Origin: an uncultured bacterium
GTDB lineage: Bacteria; Babelota; Babeliae; Babelales; Babelaceae
Direction of reading: 5' to 3'
DNA length: 64,000 nucleotides
Assembly (NCBI GenBank): GCA_963713855.1
Contig: OY970209.1
Span: 320,001 to 384,000 of the forward strand
The notes under the pieces were generated by a model. It made no database searches, was not told the origin of the DNA, and saw only the letters and a list, made by a program, of their open reading frames with translations. Of this stretch, positions 39,751 through 49,374 are shown piece by piece. Position 1 is the first letter of the stretch. Each line of letters begins with the position of its first letter. Made by a program: the position numbers and the translations under genes.

Positions 39751-40407
39751 TTATGCTTTTGTCAGATTAAGAATGCGGCAACGCTTTTTAAGAAGTTCAA
39801 ATTGCCGTATAAATGCATCGATGATTGTAGGGTCATCAAGTATAAGTACATTTTCTTGGTTACTTTCATGAGCAGCCTTTGTAAAGTTGTAAGAGCCCGT
39901 CCATAAAAGCTTTTTATTATCGACGTTTTTAGAAAAGACAATAAACTTATTGTGCATAATACCTGACCTAGGACACCCTTTTTTAGCACTTCTTGCTTCT
40001 ATCGGATAGAGCCATACAGGAATGCCCTGCTCTTCGAGTTGATTTATTTTACTATACGGCGTAGCGCTATTTTGCCCATCAGCAATGACTTGTACCTTTA
40101 CGCCTCTACTGGCGGCATTAATGAGGGCTGAAGTTACGGGCTTACTCGTAAAAGCAAACGCCGTAAGAGCAATGCGCTCACATTCGGCATCAATAAGCCC
40201 AATAAGATGCTCTTCTATACCATCGTCAGGGGAAAATAATGCACGTATAAATGGCCTTTTACTTACATTAAGCTCTTTTTGGATGCGATAAGCAGGTGTT
40301 TGACGCTGGTATAAACGCCGAGCTCCCAGAAAAAAAATGCTATTAAAAGCACAAAAAACCGCCAGAAGTGTTAGGCGATCTTTAAAAGAAGAAAGGCGTT
40401 TTTTCAT
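39751..40407 (-). CDS. Phospholipase D/Nuc-like (single HxK motif) membrane-anchored protein
   Basis: N-terminal TM; FSPDD, AASRGVKVQVIAD, MHNKF, WTGSYNFT, NQENVL. Confidence 0.88.
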   Translation of the reverse strand: MKKRLSSFKDRLTLLAVFCAFNSIFFLGARRLYQRQTPAYRIQKELNVSKRPFIRALFSPDDGIEEHLIGLIDAECERIALTAFAFTSKPVTSALINAASRGVKVQVIADGQNSATPYSKINQLEEQGIPVWLYPIEARSAKKGCPRSGIMHNKFIVFSKNVDNKKLLWTGSYNFTKAAHESNQENVLILDDPTIIDAFIRQFELLKKRCRILNLTKA

Positions 40408-40565
40408 GAGAAAACTGCTTGTTTTTTTTCTTTTAGAGTAGGATGCAAATAATGCTTTGTCTAGTAACATTTTCTTTCAATAGATGTTGCTTTTGATATA
40501 TATGCTTGATAATCTTACAAGCATGGGCGTTTAAATAAGCTTTCTTACCTCTTTTTCTTAGAGCG

Positions 40566-41306
40566 TTGAACGAGACATACCTAATGCAGAAACATAAAAA
40601 GCAGGAAATCGTTTTTGGACTTCATCCTTTACTTGAACTTTTAAAAGAACGACGAAGAAAAATCATTACACTTTACACGACAAAACCATTACCAAAAGCT
40701 GGAGAGCAACTTCTATCACTTTTGCCACCAAAAACTCAAATACAATATGTCTCAAGAGATGTTCTGACACGCTTAGCGCAATCGCCCGACCATCAGGGTT
40801 TTTTAGCATACACTACCCCTTTTCCTTTCAGGAGTAAGCCTTTTGAGTCAAGCCGATCGCCCTTTGTGCTGATGCTCGATGGCATTCAAGATCCACGTAA
40901 TCTCGGGGCAATTCTGCGTTCAGCTTACTGTACCGGTGTTACGGGCGTAATAGTACCTAAAAAAAGTAGTGCACCGTTGACAGCAGTCGCGCTAAAAGCT
41001 TCAGCGGGTTTAGCAGAGCATCTTGAGATATATCAAGCTGCTTCACCAAGCAGCGCTATTCAGGAACTGAAAAAGGAAGGTTACACGGTTTATTTGGCAG
41101 CTCTTGGTGGGCAAAACGCGTTAACGACTAGCTACAAGCTGCCATTATGTCTCGTTATTGGAAGCGAAGGCAAGGGTATCTCGCCAGAAATAAGTAATGC
41201 CGGAACAACAATCATGATACCTCAAAAAAAACCGGACATCTCATATAACGCTTCGGTCGCAGCAGGCATCCTTCTTTGCATCATTACACAGCAGATAACG
41301 TCATAA
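40566..41306 (+). CDS. rlmB: 23S rRNA Gm2251 methyltransferase (SpoU/TrmH family)
   Basis: HQG, LDGIQDPRNLGAILRSA, KASAG, IGSEGKG, SYNASVAAGI. Confidence 0.9.
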   Translation: MNETYLMQKHKKQEIVFGLHPLLELLKERRRKIITLYTTKPLPKAGEQLLSLLPPKTQIQYVSRDVLTRLAQSPDHQGFLAYTTPFPFRSKPFESSRSPFVLMLDGIQDPRNLGAILRSAYCTGVTGVIVPKKSSAPLTAVALKASAGLAEHLEIYQAASPSSAIQELKKEGYTVYLAALGGQNALTTSYKLPLCLVIGSEGKGISPEISNAGTTIMIPQKKPDISYNASVAAGILLCIITQQITS

Positions 41307-41321
41307 GCAAAAGAGTACACT

Positions 41322-42071
41322 ATGTCACCGCTCTTATTAAGACTCGAGGGTATAAGTAAAATATATCCAATACGCCCCTCACCAATCATTGCTCTTGAAA
41401 GCATATCTCTTGAGGTATACAAAGGAGAAATAGTAGGCCTTTTGGGGGTGAATGGTGCCGGAAAAACTACTCTTTCAACAATTATCGCAACAGTACACCC
41501 ACCTTCTTCAGGAACAATCTATTGGCAGGGCGTTTCAGTGTACTCAGCGCTGCAGGCGTACCGCAGCACAATAGGTTATTGTCCGCAAAGAGCCAATTTT
41601 GATCCCTTATTGACTGTTCGGGAAAACTTATTATTTGCAGGACGTTACTACTTGGTTTCAAAAAACGAGCTTGAAAACCGCATAGAAAAACTTATGGACA
41701 CGTTTGGTCTTACCCCATACGCAAACTCCTTCATATCCGTTCTATCGGGCGGATACAAACAGCGTCTCCTTCTTGCTCGTGCTATTGTACATAACCCTTC
41801 ACTTGTTATCCTTGATGAGCCTACTGTTGGCTTAGATCCTCACATCAGGCGCCAACTGTGGGATACTATTCTGCGACTCAAGGAGCAAGGAATTACTGTT
41901 ATTCTCACAACCCATTACCTTGACGAAGCTGAAATACTCTCAGATAGAGTTTGCATTTTAGATAAAGGGCGCGTACGCGTTATAGATAAGCCTAAAAACC
42001 TGCTTTCTGCCTATAATAAAGCTCGCTTGGAAGATGTTTTTCTGCAGCTAATGCAAGAAACCGGAACTTAA
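41322..42071 (+). CDS. ABC-2 exporter ATP-binding protein
   Basis: GVNGAGKTT, LSGGYKQR, LDEPTVGLDP, TTHYLDEAE. Confidence 0.95.
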   Translation: MSPLLLRLEGISKIYPIRPSPIIALESISLEVYKGEIVGLLGVNGAGKTTLSTIIATVHPPSSGTIYWQGVSVYSALQAYRSTIGYCPQRANFDPLLTVRENLLFAGRYYLVSKNELENRIEKLMDTFGLTPYANSFISVLSGGYKQRLLLARAIVHNPSLVILDEPTVGLDPHIRRQLWDTILRLKEQGITVILTTHYLDEAEILSDRVCILDKGRVRVIDKPKNLLSAYNKARLEDVFLQLMQETGT

Positions 42072-42087
42072 TATAAAAAGGTTACCC

Positions 42088-42873
42088 ATGAAAGTAGCAT
42101 CTGTCTTACGCATTTTTGTCTGGCTTATGTGGCGTGATATGCTTACGCTTAAAAAAAACGTACTTCAGAGAGTATTCGATGCCACCATATGGTCGGCAAC
42201 AAACATTGCCATTAGTAACTTTATATTGCCAGCATTTGGCATTGAGGCACGCTTTGGACTTTTAATATGGGTAGGCACCATCGTTACTATGGCCTATTTT
42301 GAAGCGGGATACGCCGCACAAGAGTTTGTTGAGGACCGTACCGGCAATAATCATCTCGGATTCCTTTTAACGCTTCCTATACCATCCTGGCTCGTTTTTA
42401 TAAAAATGGGTCTTGGAGCAGCACTTAACAGCGCCGTGTTGAGCGCTATCATGATACCTGTTGGCAAAATAATTATTCAAGATGGCCTGAGCATGAAAAA
42501 CGTTTCGTTCATCAGTTTTTTATGCATTTTTATAGCCATTAATCTTTTTTGCGGATTTTTTAGCGTTTGGCTTTTAAGTTGGGCGCCAAGCAGCAGTAGA
42601 TTTAAAGAAGTATGGAGAAGAGTTTTAAATCCGCTCTGGGCATTTGGGGGATATCAGTTTACTTGGTCCGTTCTTTATCAAACGTTTCCCCGATTTGCCT
42701 TTATCACACTATTGAATCCTTTGACCTATGCATTTGAGGGTCTTCGAGCAGCAATTTTAGGACCGGTGGGATTCATTCCAATCTGGATAAGCATCGGCAT
42801 GCTTTTATTATGGACATTAATTTTGATTTACTGGGCACTTTTTTGGCTCAAGAAGCTCATAGATTATGTTTAA
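42088..42873 (+). CDS. ABC-2 exporter permease
   Basis: Six TM segments; LNPLTYAFEGLR. Confidence 0.9.
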   Translation: MKVASVLRIFVWLMWRDMLTLKKNVLQRVFDATIWSATNIAISNFILPAFGIEARFGLLIWVGTIVTMAYFEAGYAAQEFVEDRTGNNHLGFLLTLPIPSWLVFIKMGLGAALNSAVLSAIMIPVGKIIIQDGLSMKNVSFISFLCIFIAINLFCGFFSVWLLSWAPSSSRFKEVWRRVLNPLWAFGGYQFTWSVLYQTFPRFAFITLLNPLTYAFEGLRAAILGPVGFIPIWISIGMLLLWTLILIYWALFWLKKLIDYV

Positions 42874-42883
42874 GAAGAACATC

Positions 42884-43579
42884 TTAAGGTTTATAGGGTA
42901 ACTGCGATTGATAAGATAGTGCCGTAATGAGCGCTGTTGCAAAAATTTTCATGAGGTCTAATTTACTTTGTAAGGAACTTCCAGGCAAAAAAGAAAGCAA
43001 GTTGGCCACTTTTTGTTTTTCAAGCTCAGATACACGTTCATTTAAGGACCTAGCAAGGTGCTGGGACCCTATACGCGTCTCTGCTAATTCAGCTGCAGCT
43101 CTTAAAAGCGGTAGCGATTGAACGTTTAAGGCACCCGATCTGCTTTGCTCCAAGGCACCTTCTATAATACGAAAAGCAATGGGATTTAGAATAACGAGCG
43201 TAGTCCTATCAGCTTGAAGTAGTGTTCGACGATATGCTTCATTGATAGCTTGCATCCACTCTTCAGACAACGAAGATAGAGGAATTCTCTCCAAATACGA
43301 ATCAACTATTGAGCGCAGAACTGAAGATTCTTGTAACCGTTCAGCTCTTCGAAAAAGATTTAAAAAAGGATCGCTTAGATCAGCGAGAGTCCTCGAATGC
43401 AAGCGATTTTCCAAAAAACGTAACTCCGTATGTAATTCGCTTCTTGCCTCAGTAGGTGAACGTTGTTCCATGGTGTTAGTAATCGAATATTGCATGAGAT
43501 ACATTCCCATCGACAACAGGTACGCGCTTATTTTTTTCCGTAGCAAAATTTTCTTGATATTTTCTATGAAATATAGCAT
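42884..43579 (-). CDS. Hypothetical alpha-helical protein
   Basis: Long ORF with signal-like segment before TMEQ; start uncertain. Confidence 0.55.
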   Translation of the reverse strand: MLYFIENIKKILLRKKISAYLLSMGMYLMQYSITNTMEQRSPTEARSELHTELRFLENRLHSRTLADLSDPFLNLFRRAERLQESSVLRSIVDSYLERIPLSSLSEEWMQAINEAYRRTLLQADRTTLVILNPIAFRIIEGALEQSRSGALNVQSLPLLRAAAELAETRIGSQHLARSLNERVSELEKQKVANLLSFLPGSSLQSKLDLMKIFATALITALSYQSQLPYKP

Positions 43580-43581
43580 GA

Positions 43582-43607
43582 AAAGGCCCTTTTTTCAAAG
43601 GGCCTTT
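43582..43607 (-). terminator. Rho-independent terminator
   Basis: AAAGGCCCTTT...AAAGGGCCTTT hairpin just downstream of 43633..43956. Confidence 0.75.
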
Positions 43608-43632
43608 CGATCTATAGATTTATTAATAGCTA

Positions 43633-43956
43633 CTATCTATAGGAGACGCGGCTTGCTCTCTTGTTACACTCTCTACCGCGACAACGGTGAGGCGCCAATC
43701 CGCCAGCACGTCCTGCTTCAGATCTTGACATGGTGCCAGCACGACGTCTTGATCCTGCACGGGCAGTTGATTTTGCACGAGTAGCAACTGAGCGTGAGCT
43801 ACGCGGTGCTCTTTCTTCCGTACCAAATAAGTCGCCTAACCAAGATGCTAAGCTTTCATTACTACGGCGAGCAGCTGTTCTAGTAACTGTTCTTCTATGT
43901 GTTCTTGTAGAACCATGTCTGGTTCCTGCATGTTTACGATGTGTTCGGTTTGCCAT
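43633..43956 (-). CDS. Small Arg-rich basic protein with KGG-like motif
   Basis: GGAGGA SD; about 25 Arg in 107 aa; MSRSEAGRAGG resembles the KGG stress-repeat (EAGRKGG). Confidence 0.75.
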   Translation of the reverse strand: MANRTHRKHAGTRHGSTRTHRRTVTRTAARRSNESLASWLGDLFGTEERAPRSSRSVATRAKSTARAGSRRRAGTMSRSEAGRAGGLAPHRCRGRECNKRASRVSYR

Positions 43957-44418
43957 TTTGCAAATCCTCCTGTTTAAATGAGATACATAAGTCGAAGAGG
44001 CAACGATTCTTAAAACGCAACATTCGACAACCTAGACTATGCTTAGGCAAGAACATTGAAAAAAATAAGCATAATCTTTAAAACATTTCTTAATATAATA
44101 TTACTAATAACGAATAATTAAATGCAATAGTTAGCGAAAAAAAGTTCTATTTTAAGCTTAAGCTCAATACGAAAAAATGATTTTAAATTCAATGCACTTG
44201 AAGGGTTATGCCCCACATAGATTGCTTTCTGCGTACTTTTGCTCACAGCAAATTATTAATCACAATTGTGATTATGATTCGTCAAAAAGAGTGATTATGC
44301 GAGAAAAAAATTAAGCATATTGATGACTAAGAGAAAGCATTTTCAATTGTTGACTTGATAAGCCATTACACGCTACAACCATAGTCACACGAAAAAGCGT
44401 AGGGTTAGGACAAGGGAA

Positions 44419-45159
44419 ATGCGAGCAATGCGATTAGGTATTAACTATGGTGTGTACATGATATTACCAGTCATAGGATACGGCTTTTATAAGACTGTAA
44501 GCGCTTATCCACTAAGCGTTAACGTGAGGCTTGATACCTTTCCTGCTTCTTCTATAAGAAAGGAGATGGAGCAAAAACTGAAATCTTTAGCACTCAAAGT
44601 CTCAAGTAAGCTCTCCCCATACACCTTGCGCGCATTACTAAAAGAAAAATTCCCCCTCATAGAGCATGTCGGACTCTCATACAAAACGCCTACAGCTTTA
44701 TACATCCGCATTATTACTCAAAAGCCACTTGCGCTTATCAACGGGATCCACATTTTAACACGCACTGGTAACATAGTACCTGCAAAACTCTATGCTCCGT
44801 CTTCTTATTGCACCATACCTTGCATACAAACAAACATCTTAGAACTTTCTGAGTCACGAAAAAATGATCTTTTAAGCTTTGCAAAACAGCTTCCACCTGA
44901 GACGTCTGATGAGTACATTTTTACGTTCCGTGATAAAACGGCAATCAGCGCGATTTGCAAAAAGCAGCCCTTCTTACAACTTACGTTAAATCAATGGAGT
45001 TTAAAAGAAGAAGCAACATGGAATGCCTTAGCGCTTTTAAAAGAGAAAATAGAGCACCGCTATCGACAAAGTACTCAAAATAAAAAAGGTCCTCATGCGT
45101 CATGGTGCGTGGATATGCGCTATACGGATAGGCTTATTTTGTCGCAGCAAAGGGGATAA
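44419..45159 (+). CDS. Divergent FtsQ/DivIB-like cell division protein
   Basis: N-terminal TM, POTRA-like LKEKFPLIEHV..PTALYIRI..KPLA, terminal VDMRYTDRLIL; directly upstream of ftsA. Confidence 0.7.
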   Translation: MRAMRLGINYGVYMILPVIGYGFYKTVSAYPLSVNVRLDTFPASSIRKEMEQKLKSLALKVSSKLSPYTLRALLKEKFPLIEHVGLSYKTPTALYIRIITQKPLALINGIHILTRTGNIVPAKLYAPSSYCTIPCIQTNILELSESRKNDLLSFAKQLPPETSDEYIFTFRDKTAISAICKKQPFLQLTLNQWSLKEEATWNALALLKEKIEHRYRQSTQNKKGPHASWCVDMRYTDRLILSQQRG

Positions 45160-45163
45160 AATC

Positions 45164-46399
45164 ATGAAAAGAGGACATTTTGGACCTGACACACTCATTG
45201 TTGGTATAGACATTGGTACAACGAAAATTTGCGTTCTTGTGGCTCAACACGTCAATCATGGTCACTTTGAGGTTCTAGGCATAGGAAAATCTCCATCTCA
45301 TGGACTTGCTCGAGGTGTAGTTGTTGATATAGCCCCAGCTGTGCAATCAATTAAGGCAGCGCTAAGAGAAGCTGAGCTTATGAGCGGGATTTCTATAGAG
45401 TCAGCCTATGTTGGAATATCAGGAAGCCATATACAATCACGCAATTCACAAGGTGTCGTTGCCATTAAGCAAGGTGAAGTTCGTTCAAGCGATGTAAGCC
45501 ACGTGCTTGCAGCCGCTAAAGCAATACCATTGAACGAGGGACAACATATAATACATGTCCTGCCACAATTTTACATGATAGACGGACAACATGAGGTGCG
45601 AGACCCAATGGGCATGTATGGAGTTCGACTTGAGGCTCAAGTCCATATAATAACCGGGGCCTTATCTTCTGTCCAAAATCTCATTCGCTGTTGTGAAATG
45701 GCTGGTATCAAAGTACGCGATATCATCTTAGAGCCGTTAGCTTCAGCAGAAGCAACATTAACTTCGGATGAAAAAGAACTCGGAGCTTTCATGCTCGATA
45801 TTGGTGGAGGCACCTCGGACTTTGTGCAGTATCGACAAGGTGTTGTACATCACACCAAAGTGATCCCTGTAGCTGGCGATCTTTTTACTCAAGATATAGC
45901 TCTCTGCTTGCGTACACCTTTACGTGAGGCTGAACGGATCAAAAAGGAGTCGGGATCTGCATATACTGCCGCAGTGCGACCTCAAGACAGAATCGAAATA
46001 GAAACTATTCAAGGAACCTATACCCGGACCATTAATAAGAACGAGCTTGCCTCAATCCTTGAAGCACGTGCTGAAGAACTGTTTGAAATACTTAATCATG
46101 ACATCCAAACAAACCACTTACAGGCTCCCGCGGGCCTTGTATTGACCGGTGGAGGCGCACTTCTTAACAACATCCAAGACATAGCACATAAAGTGCTTGG
46201 TATGCCAACCCGCATAGGACGGCCAAGTACACACACAAATTTCAAAGATCTTATCGAAGATCCTTCATACGCAACGGGGTACGGCTTAATAAAACACGCA
46301 CTCAAACAACAAAAAATAGGATCGTTAGACACATTAACAGGGCCTCTTGCCGCTCGTATTTTCAAACGTATGCGCTCATGGATAAGTGACTTCTTGTAA
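45164..46399 (+). CDS. ftsA: Cell division protein FtsA
   Basis: GIDIGTTKI, DIGGGTSD, VLTGGGALL, amphipathic C-terminal helix RMRSWISDFL. Confidence 0.97.
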   Translation: MKRGHFGPDTLIVGIDIGTTKICVLVAQHVNHGHFEVLGIGKSPSHGLARGVVVDIAPAVQSIKAALREAELMSGISIESAYVGISGSHIQSRNSQGVVAIKQGEVRSSDVSHVLAAAKAIPLNEGQHIIHVLPQFYMIDGQHEVRDPMGMYGVRLEAQVHIITGALSSVQNLIRCCEMAGIKVRDIILEPLASAEATLTSDEKELGAFMLDIGGGTSDFVQYRQGVVHHTKVIPVAGDLFTQDIALCLRTPLREAERIKKESGSAYTAAVRPQDRIEIETIQGTYTRTINKNELASILEARAEELFEILNHDIQTNHLQAPAGLVLTGGGALLNNIQDIAHKVLGMPTRIGRPSTHTNFKDLIEDPSYATGYGLIKHALKQQKIGSLDTLTGPLAARIFKRMRSWISDFL

Positions 46400-46527
46400 A
46401 AAGCCATTACACGTTTTGCTTGATTGTTACTTTATACTTGCGCTCATCGACTATCTTTCTTGCTTCTTTAATACGCCGCGTGCTAAGGTGCTAGCGTTCA
46501 GAGTATTTAGTAGTGAAGGAGCTGTAC

Positions 46528-47700
46528 ATGGCATTAAACAGAGAGCTGAGCATAGAGTTTGAACATGATTACCTTATGCACCAAAATGCGATAGCTCGTA
46601 TTAAAGTTATAGGTGTTGGAGGAGCCGGGGGCAACACAATCAATTATATGATTGGTCAGAAATATGAAAACGTTGAATTCATTGTGGCCAATACCGATGC
46701 TCAGGCTCTGAAATTGTCTAATTCTCCTTTAAAGCTCCAAATCGGCTCCAATGCTACGCGCGGAAGGGGAGCTGGCGCCAATCCCGAGGTAGGAAAACTT
46801 GCCGCAGAAGAAGATATTGATAAGATTGTAGATTTTTTAAAAGGTTCAGACATCGTCTTTTTAACAGCTGGGCTAGGTGGAGGAACTGGATCTGGCGCTC
46901 TTCCCGTCATTGCTCGAGCTGTTCGCGAGCGGGGTATACTTTGTATTGCTGTAGTTACAAAGCCGTTTGAGTTTGAAGGAAAAAGGCGCATGGCAGTGGC
47001 AAATCAAGCGCTTGAGCTATTAAAAAAGGAAGTTGACACATTGGTCGTTATACCGAATCAGCGACTATTGGGTGTAACTGATCACAAAATATCATTGGTA
47101 GATGCTTTTGGCATGATCAACAACGTTATTCACCAATTTGTAAAAAGCATCGCAGATATCATTTCAAAAGCTGGACACATCAACGTTGATTTTGCAGACG
47201 TATGCACCATCATGCGCCACATGGGATTAGCTGTTATGGGTACCGGTAAGGCTTCGGGAATTGATCGTGCGCAAAAAGCTGCTATGCAAGCACTTTCATC
47301 TCCTCTTTTAGAAAACGCGAGCATTGAAGGAGCTCAAGCTGTACTTCTTAATATTACCGGAAGCGCACTGGGTCTTTATGAAGTTCAAAGCGCCGCTTCA
47401 CTCGTCTACGATGCCGCAAAAGACGCAAACATCATAATGGGATCAGTCATTGATGACACAATGGATGATGAAGTTGTGGTAACTATTATCGCAACTGGAG
47501 TCGAGCATCACCATAAGACACATCTCATACAACCTTCAATTAATAGCCCGGCTCTTTCTTTACGGCCAGCGCATGCAGCAGAATCAGGGGCTGAAAATAA
47601 GCGAACACTTTACGAATCCTCGCCAGAGCTTTCCACACAAGAGCTTGAAGTGCCAACTTATTTGCGTAGAGCACAGGAAAAAGAAATACCACCCAAATAA
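46528..47700 (+). CDS. ftsZ: Cell division protein FtsZ
   Basis: GVGGAGGN, NTDAQAL, GGGTGSG, INVDFAD, C-terminal LEVPTYLRR. Confidence 0.99.
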   Translation: MALNRELSIEFEHDYLMHQNAIARIKVIGVGGAGGNTINYMIGQKYENVEFIVANTDAQALKLSNSPLKLQIGSNATRGRGAGANPEVGKLAAEEDIDKIVDFLKGSDIVFLTAGLGGGTGSGALPVIARAVRERGILCIAVVTKPFEFEGKRRMAVANQALELLKKEVDTLVVIPNQRLLGVTDHKISLVDAFGMINNVIHQFVKSIADIISKAGHINVDFADVCTIMRHMGLAVMGTGKASGIDRAQKAAMQALSSPLLENASIEGAQAVLLNITGSALGLYEVQSAASLVYDAAKDANIIMGSVIDDTMDDEVVVTIIATGVEHHHKTHLIQPSINSPALSLRPAHAAESGAENKRTLYESSPELSTQELEVPTYLRRAQEKEIPPK

Positions 47701-47765
47701 GTTTAAGCAGTGGTATTGACTTTTATGCAATAAAATGGGCATAGTAAAAGAAAAAAGAGGATAGT

Positions 47766-47969
47766 ATGGTACTAGACAATTGCACCTATAACAAAATAAA
47801 ATTAATGCACGAGATCAGTTCGATGCTTTGGTTTATCTCTCACCACGCCATTAATGATGCAAAAGCTGCAGGCGATGTTAGCTGTGTTGAAACATTGCAG
47901 GTACTTGAAGAAGACCTACAAAGGCATTTAGAGCGTCTACGCCAGAATATGTGCATTGTCTCACAATAA
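47766..47969 (+). CDS. Small helical hypothetical protein (possible half ferritin-like)
   Basis: GAGGA SD; two helices with H/E/D/C residues (YNKIKLMHE..W..H..DA..C..LEEDL.RH). Confidence 0.65.
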   Translation: MVLDNCTYNKIKLMHEISSMLWFISHHAINDAKAAGDVSCVETLQVLEEDLQRHLERLRQNMCIVSQ

Positions 47970-48014
47970 AACTTTTTAGAAAGCGTCGTTATTCAAAACG
48001 TTCTGCACGATATC

Positions 48015-48371
48015 TTAAACACGCGTGTATTTGTCTGATTTTCCTTTAAATGTATTAATCGGATATTTTTGAGCATTTAAAGCCATCTTTGATTCGAATG
48101 CACTGCTTAAATCTATGTTTGCAACAACCGAAAACTTAAGAATGCTAAAAAGAACATCCGCGACTTCATTTTCTATTTCTTTGCGTCTTTTTTCTAAGAT
48201 TGCTAATGAATCTTTATCTTCATGCCATAGAAAAAGCTCCATAAGCTCAGCAGCTTCAATAGTAGCGTCCATGCTGATATTTTTTAACGTCTGATACTGC
48301 CACCAATCACGTTCTTCTATAAAGCGCGAAGCTGCAGTTTTAAGCTGATCAATGGTTACTTTATCATCCAT
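48015..48371 (-). CDS. MazG-like nucleotide pyrophosphohydrolase (dCTPase type)
   Basis: FIEERDW, EAAELMELFLW, EVADV, KMALNAQKYP. Confidence 0.92.
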   Translation of the reverse strand: MDDKVTIDQLKTAASRFIEERDWWQYQTLKNISMDATIEAAELMELFLWHEDKDSLAILEKRRKEIENEVADVLFSILKFSVVANIDLSSAFESKMALNAQKYPINTFKGKSDKYTRV

Positions 48372-48439
48372 AAAGTCCCTTTAAAACGTATTATTTTATG
48401 CTCATATAAGTACTGTATTTGAATTCTAGATAATAAGCG

Positions 48440-49324
48440 TCATTTTTTAGCAGACTTTTGCTTATGTTTAAGCTTCGATTTTTGCTTATTTTTGTCTTTA
48501 AGAGCTTTTGCTAGAGGTTTAATCACGGACCGAGCTTTAGGAATTGCCAGGTAATTTTCTGAATCAATGCGACTCACCGTATAACCCATTTTTTTAAGTT
48601 TTGTTTTAGTGGCAGCTATTTTAAGCTTTGTTGCACTATCAGCTTTTTCAAGGGGAATTCCGCCGCAAATTTCAATAATGATGACTGGACGATTTTGTTG
48701 AATTGTTCTGCGAGCCCCGTCAAGTACTATATTTTCTGAGCCCTCAACATCTATTTTAAGAAGCGAAACATTAGATAATAGAAGGCTATCTAGAGTTATC
48801 ATGAGAACGTTAGACCCACACGTCGTTGCTGATGGAGGGCAGATTGGCATTCCTGCTTCATTACCCGCCTCTACGTTGTACATCCGTACCCATTTCTCCT
48901 CATTACCAAGAGCATTATTTTTGGTTTTAACATTTTTAAGGCCGTTGAGCTTAACATTCACGACGAGTTCTTGAAATATTTTGTGTTGCGGTTCAAAAGC
49001 TATAACAGTGCCTTTAGCGCCCACTGCCTTAGACATTGAAATGGTATGTGTACCGATGTGGGCCCCCGCATCTACAACTGCAGATCCTGATTTAATATGC
49101 TTTTTCAACAAACGCACTATTTTATGTTCCCAAACCTTTCCTCGCCTTAAAATATCTTTTATCAAATCTTTTCGTTCATCAAGATAAAATTTGCCAAGCC
49201 CTTCGACATGATAAATTCTGTATTTAAGCAGATCATTTTGAGCACTTTGGCTCGCCTTACTGAGTAAAGCCGACAGCAAAAAAGCGGTTAAAAAAAATAA
49301 ATTAAGATTAATACTCTGGTTCAT
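48440..49324 (-). CDS. FkbM-family SAM methyltransferase with signal peptide
   Basis: VVDAGAHIGTH, AFEP, LKIDVEGSE..VLDGA..RPVIIIE; Lys-rich tail. Confidence 0.9.
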   Translation of the reverse strand: MNQSINLNLFFLTAFLLSALLSKASQSAQNDLLKYRIYHVEGLGKFYLDERKDLIKDILRRGKVWEHKIVRLLKKHIKSGSAVVDAGAHIGTHTISMSKAVGAKGTVIAFEPQHKIFQELVVNVKLNGLKNVKTKNNALGNEEKWVRMYNVEAGNEAGMPICPPSATTCGSNVLMITLDSLLLSNVSLLKIDVEGSENIVLDGARRTIQQNRPVIIIEICGGIPLEKADSATKLKIAATKTKLKKMGYTVSRIDSENYLAIPKARSVIKPLAKALKDKNKQKSKLKHKQKSAKK

Positions 49325-49374
49325 AACATCTCCCGCATGGTATTAACAAATCTTGAATTGAAAATGCCTTATCG

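Noticed and set aside
43242..43784. 180-aa plus-strand ORF
   Set aside because: Antisense to two minus-strand genes and runs through a terminator hairpin
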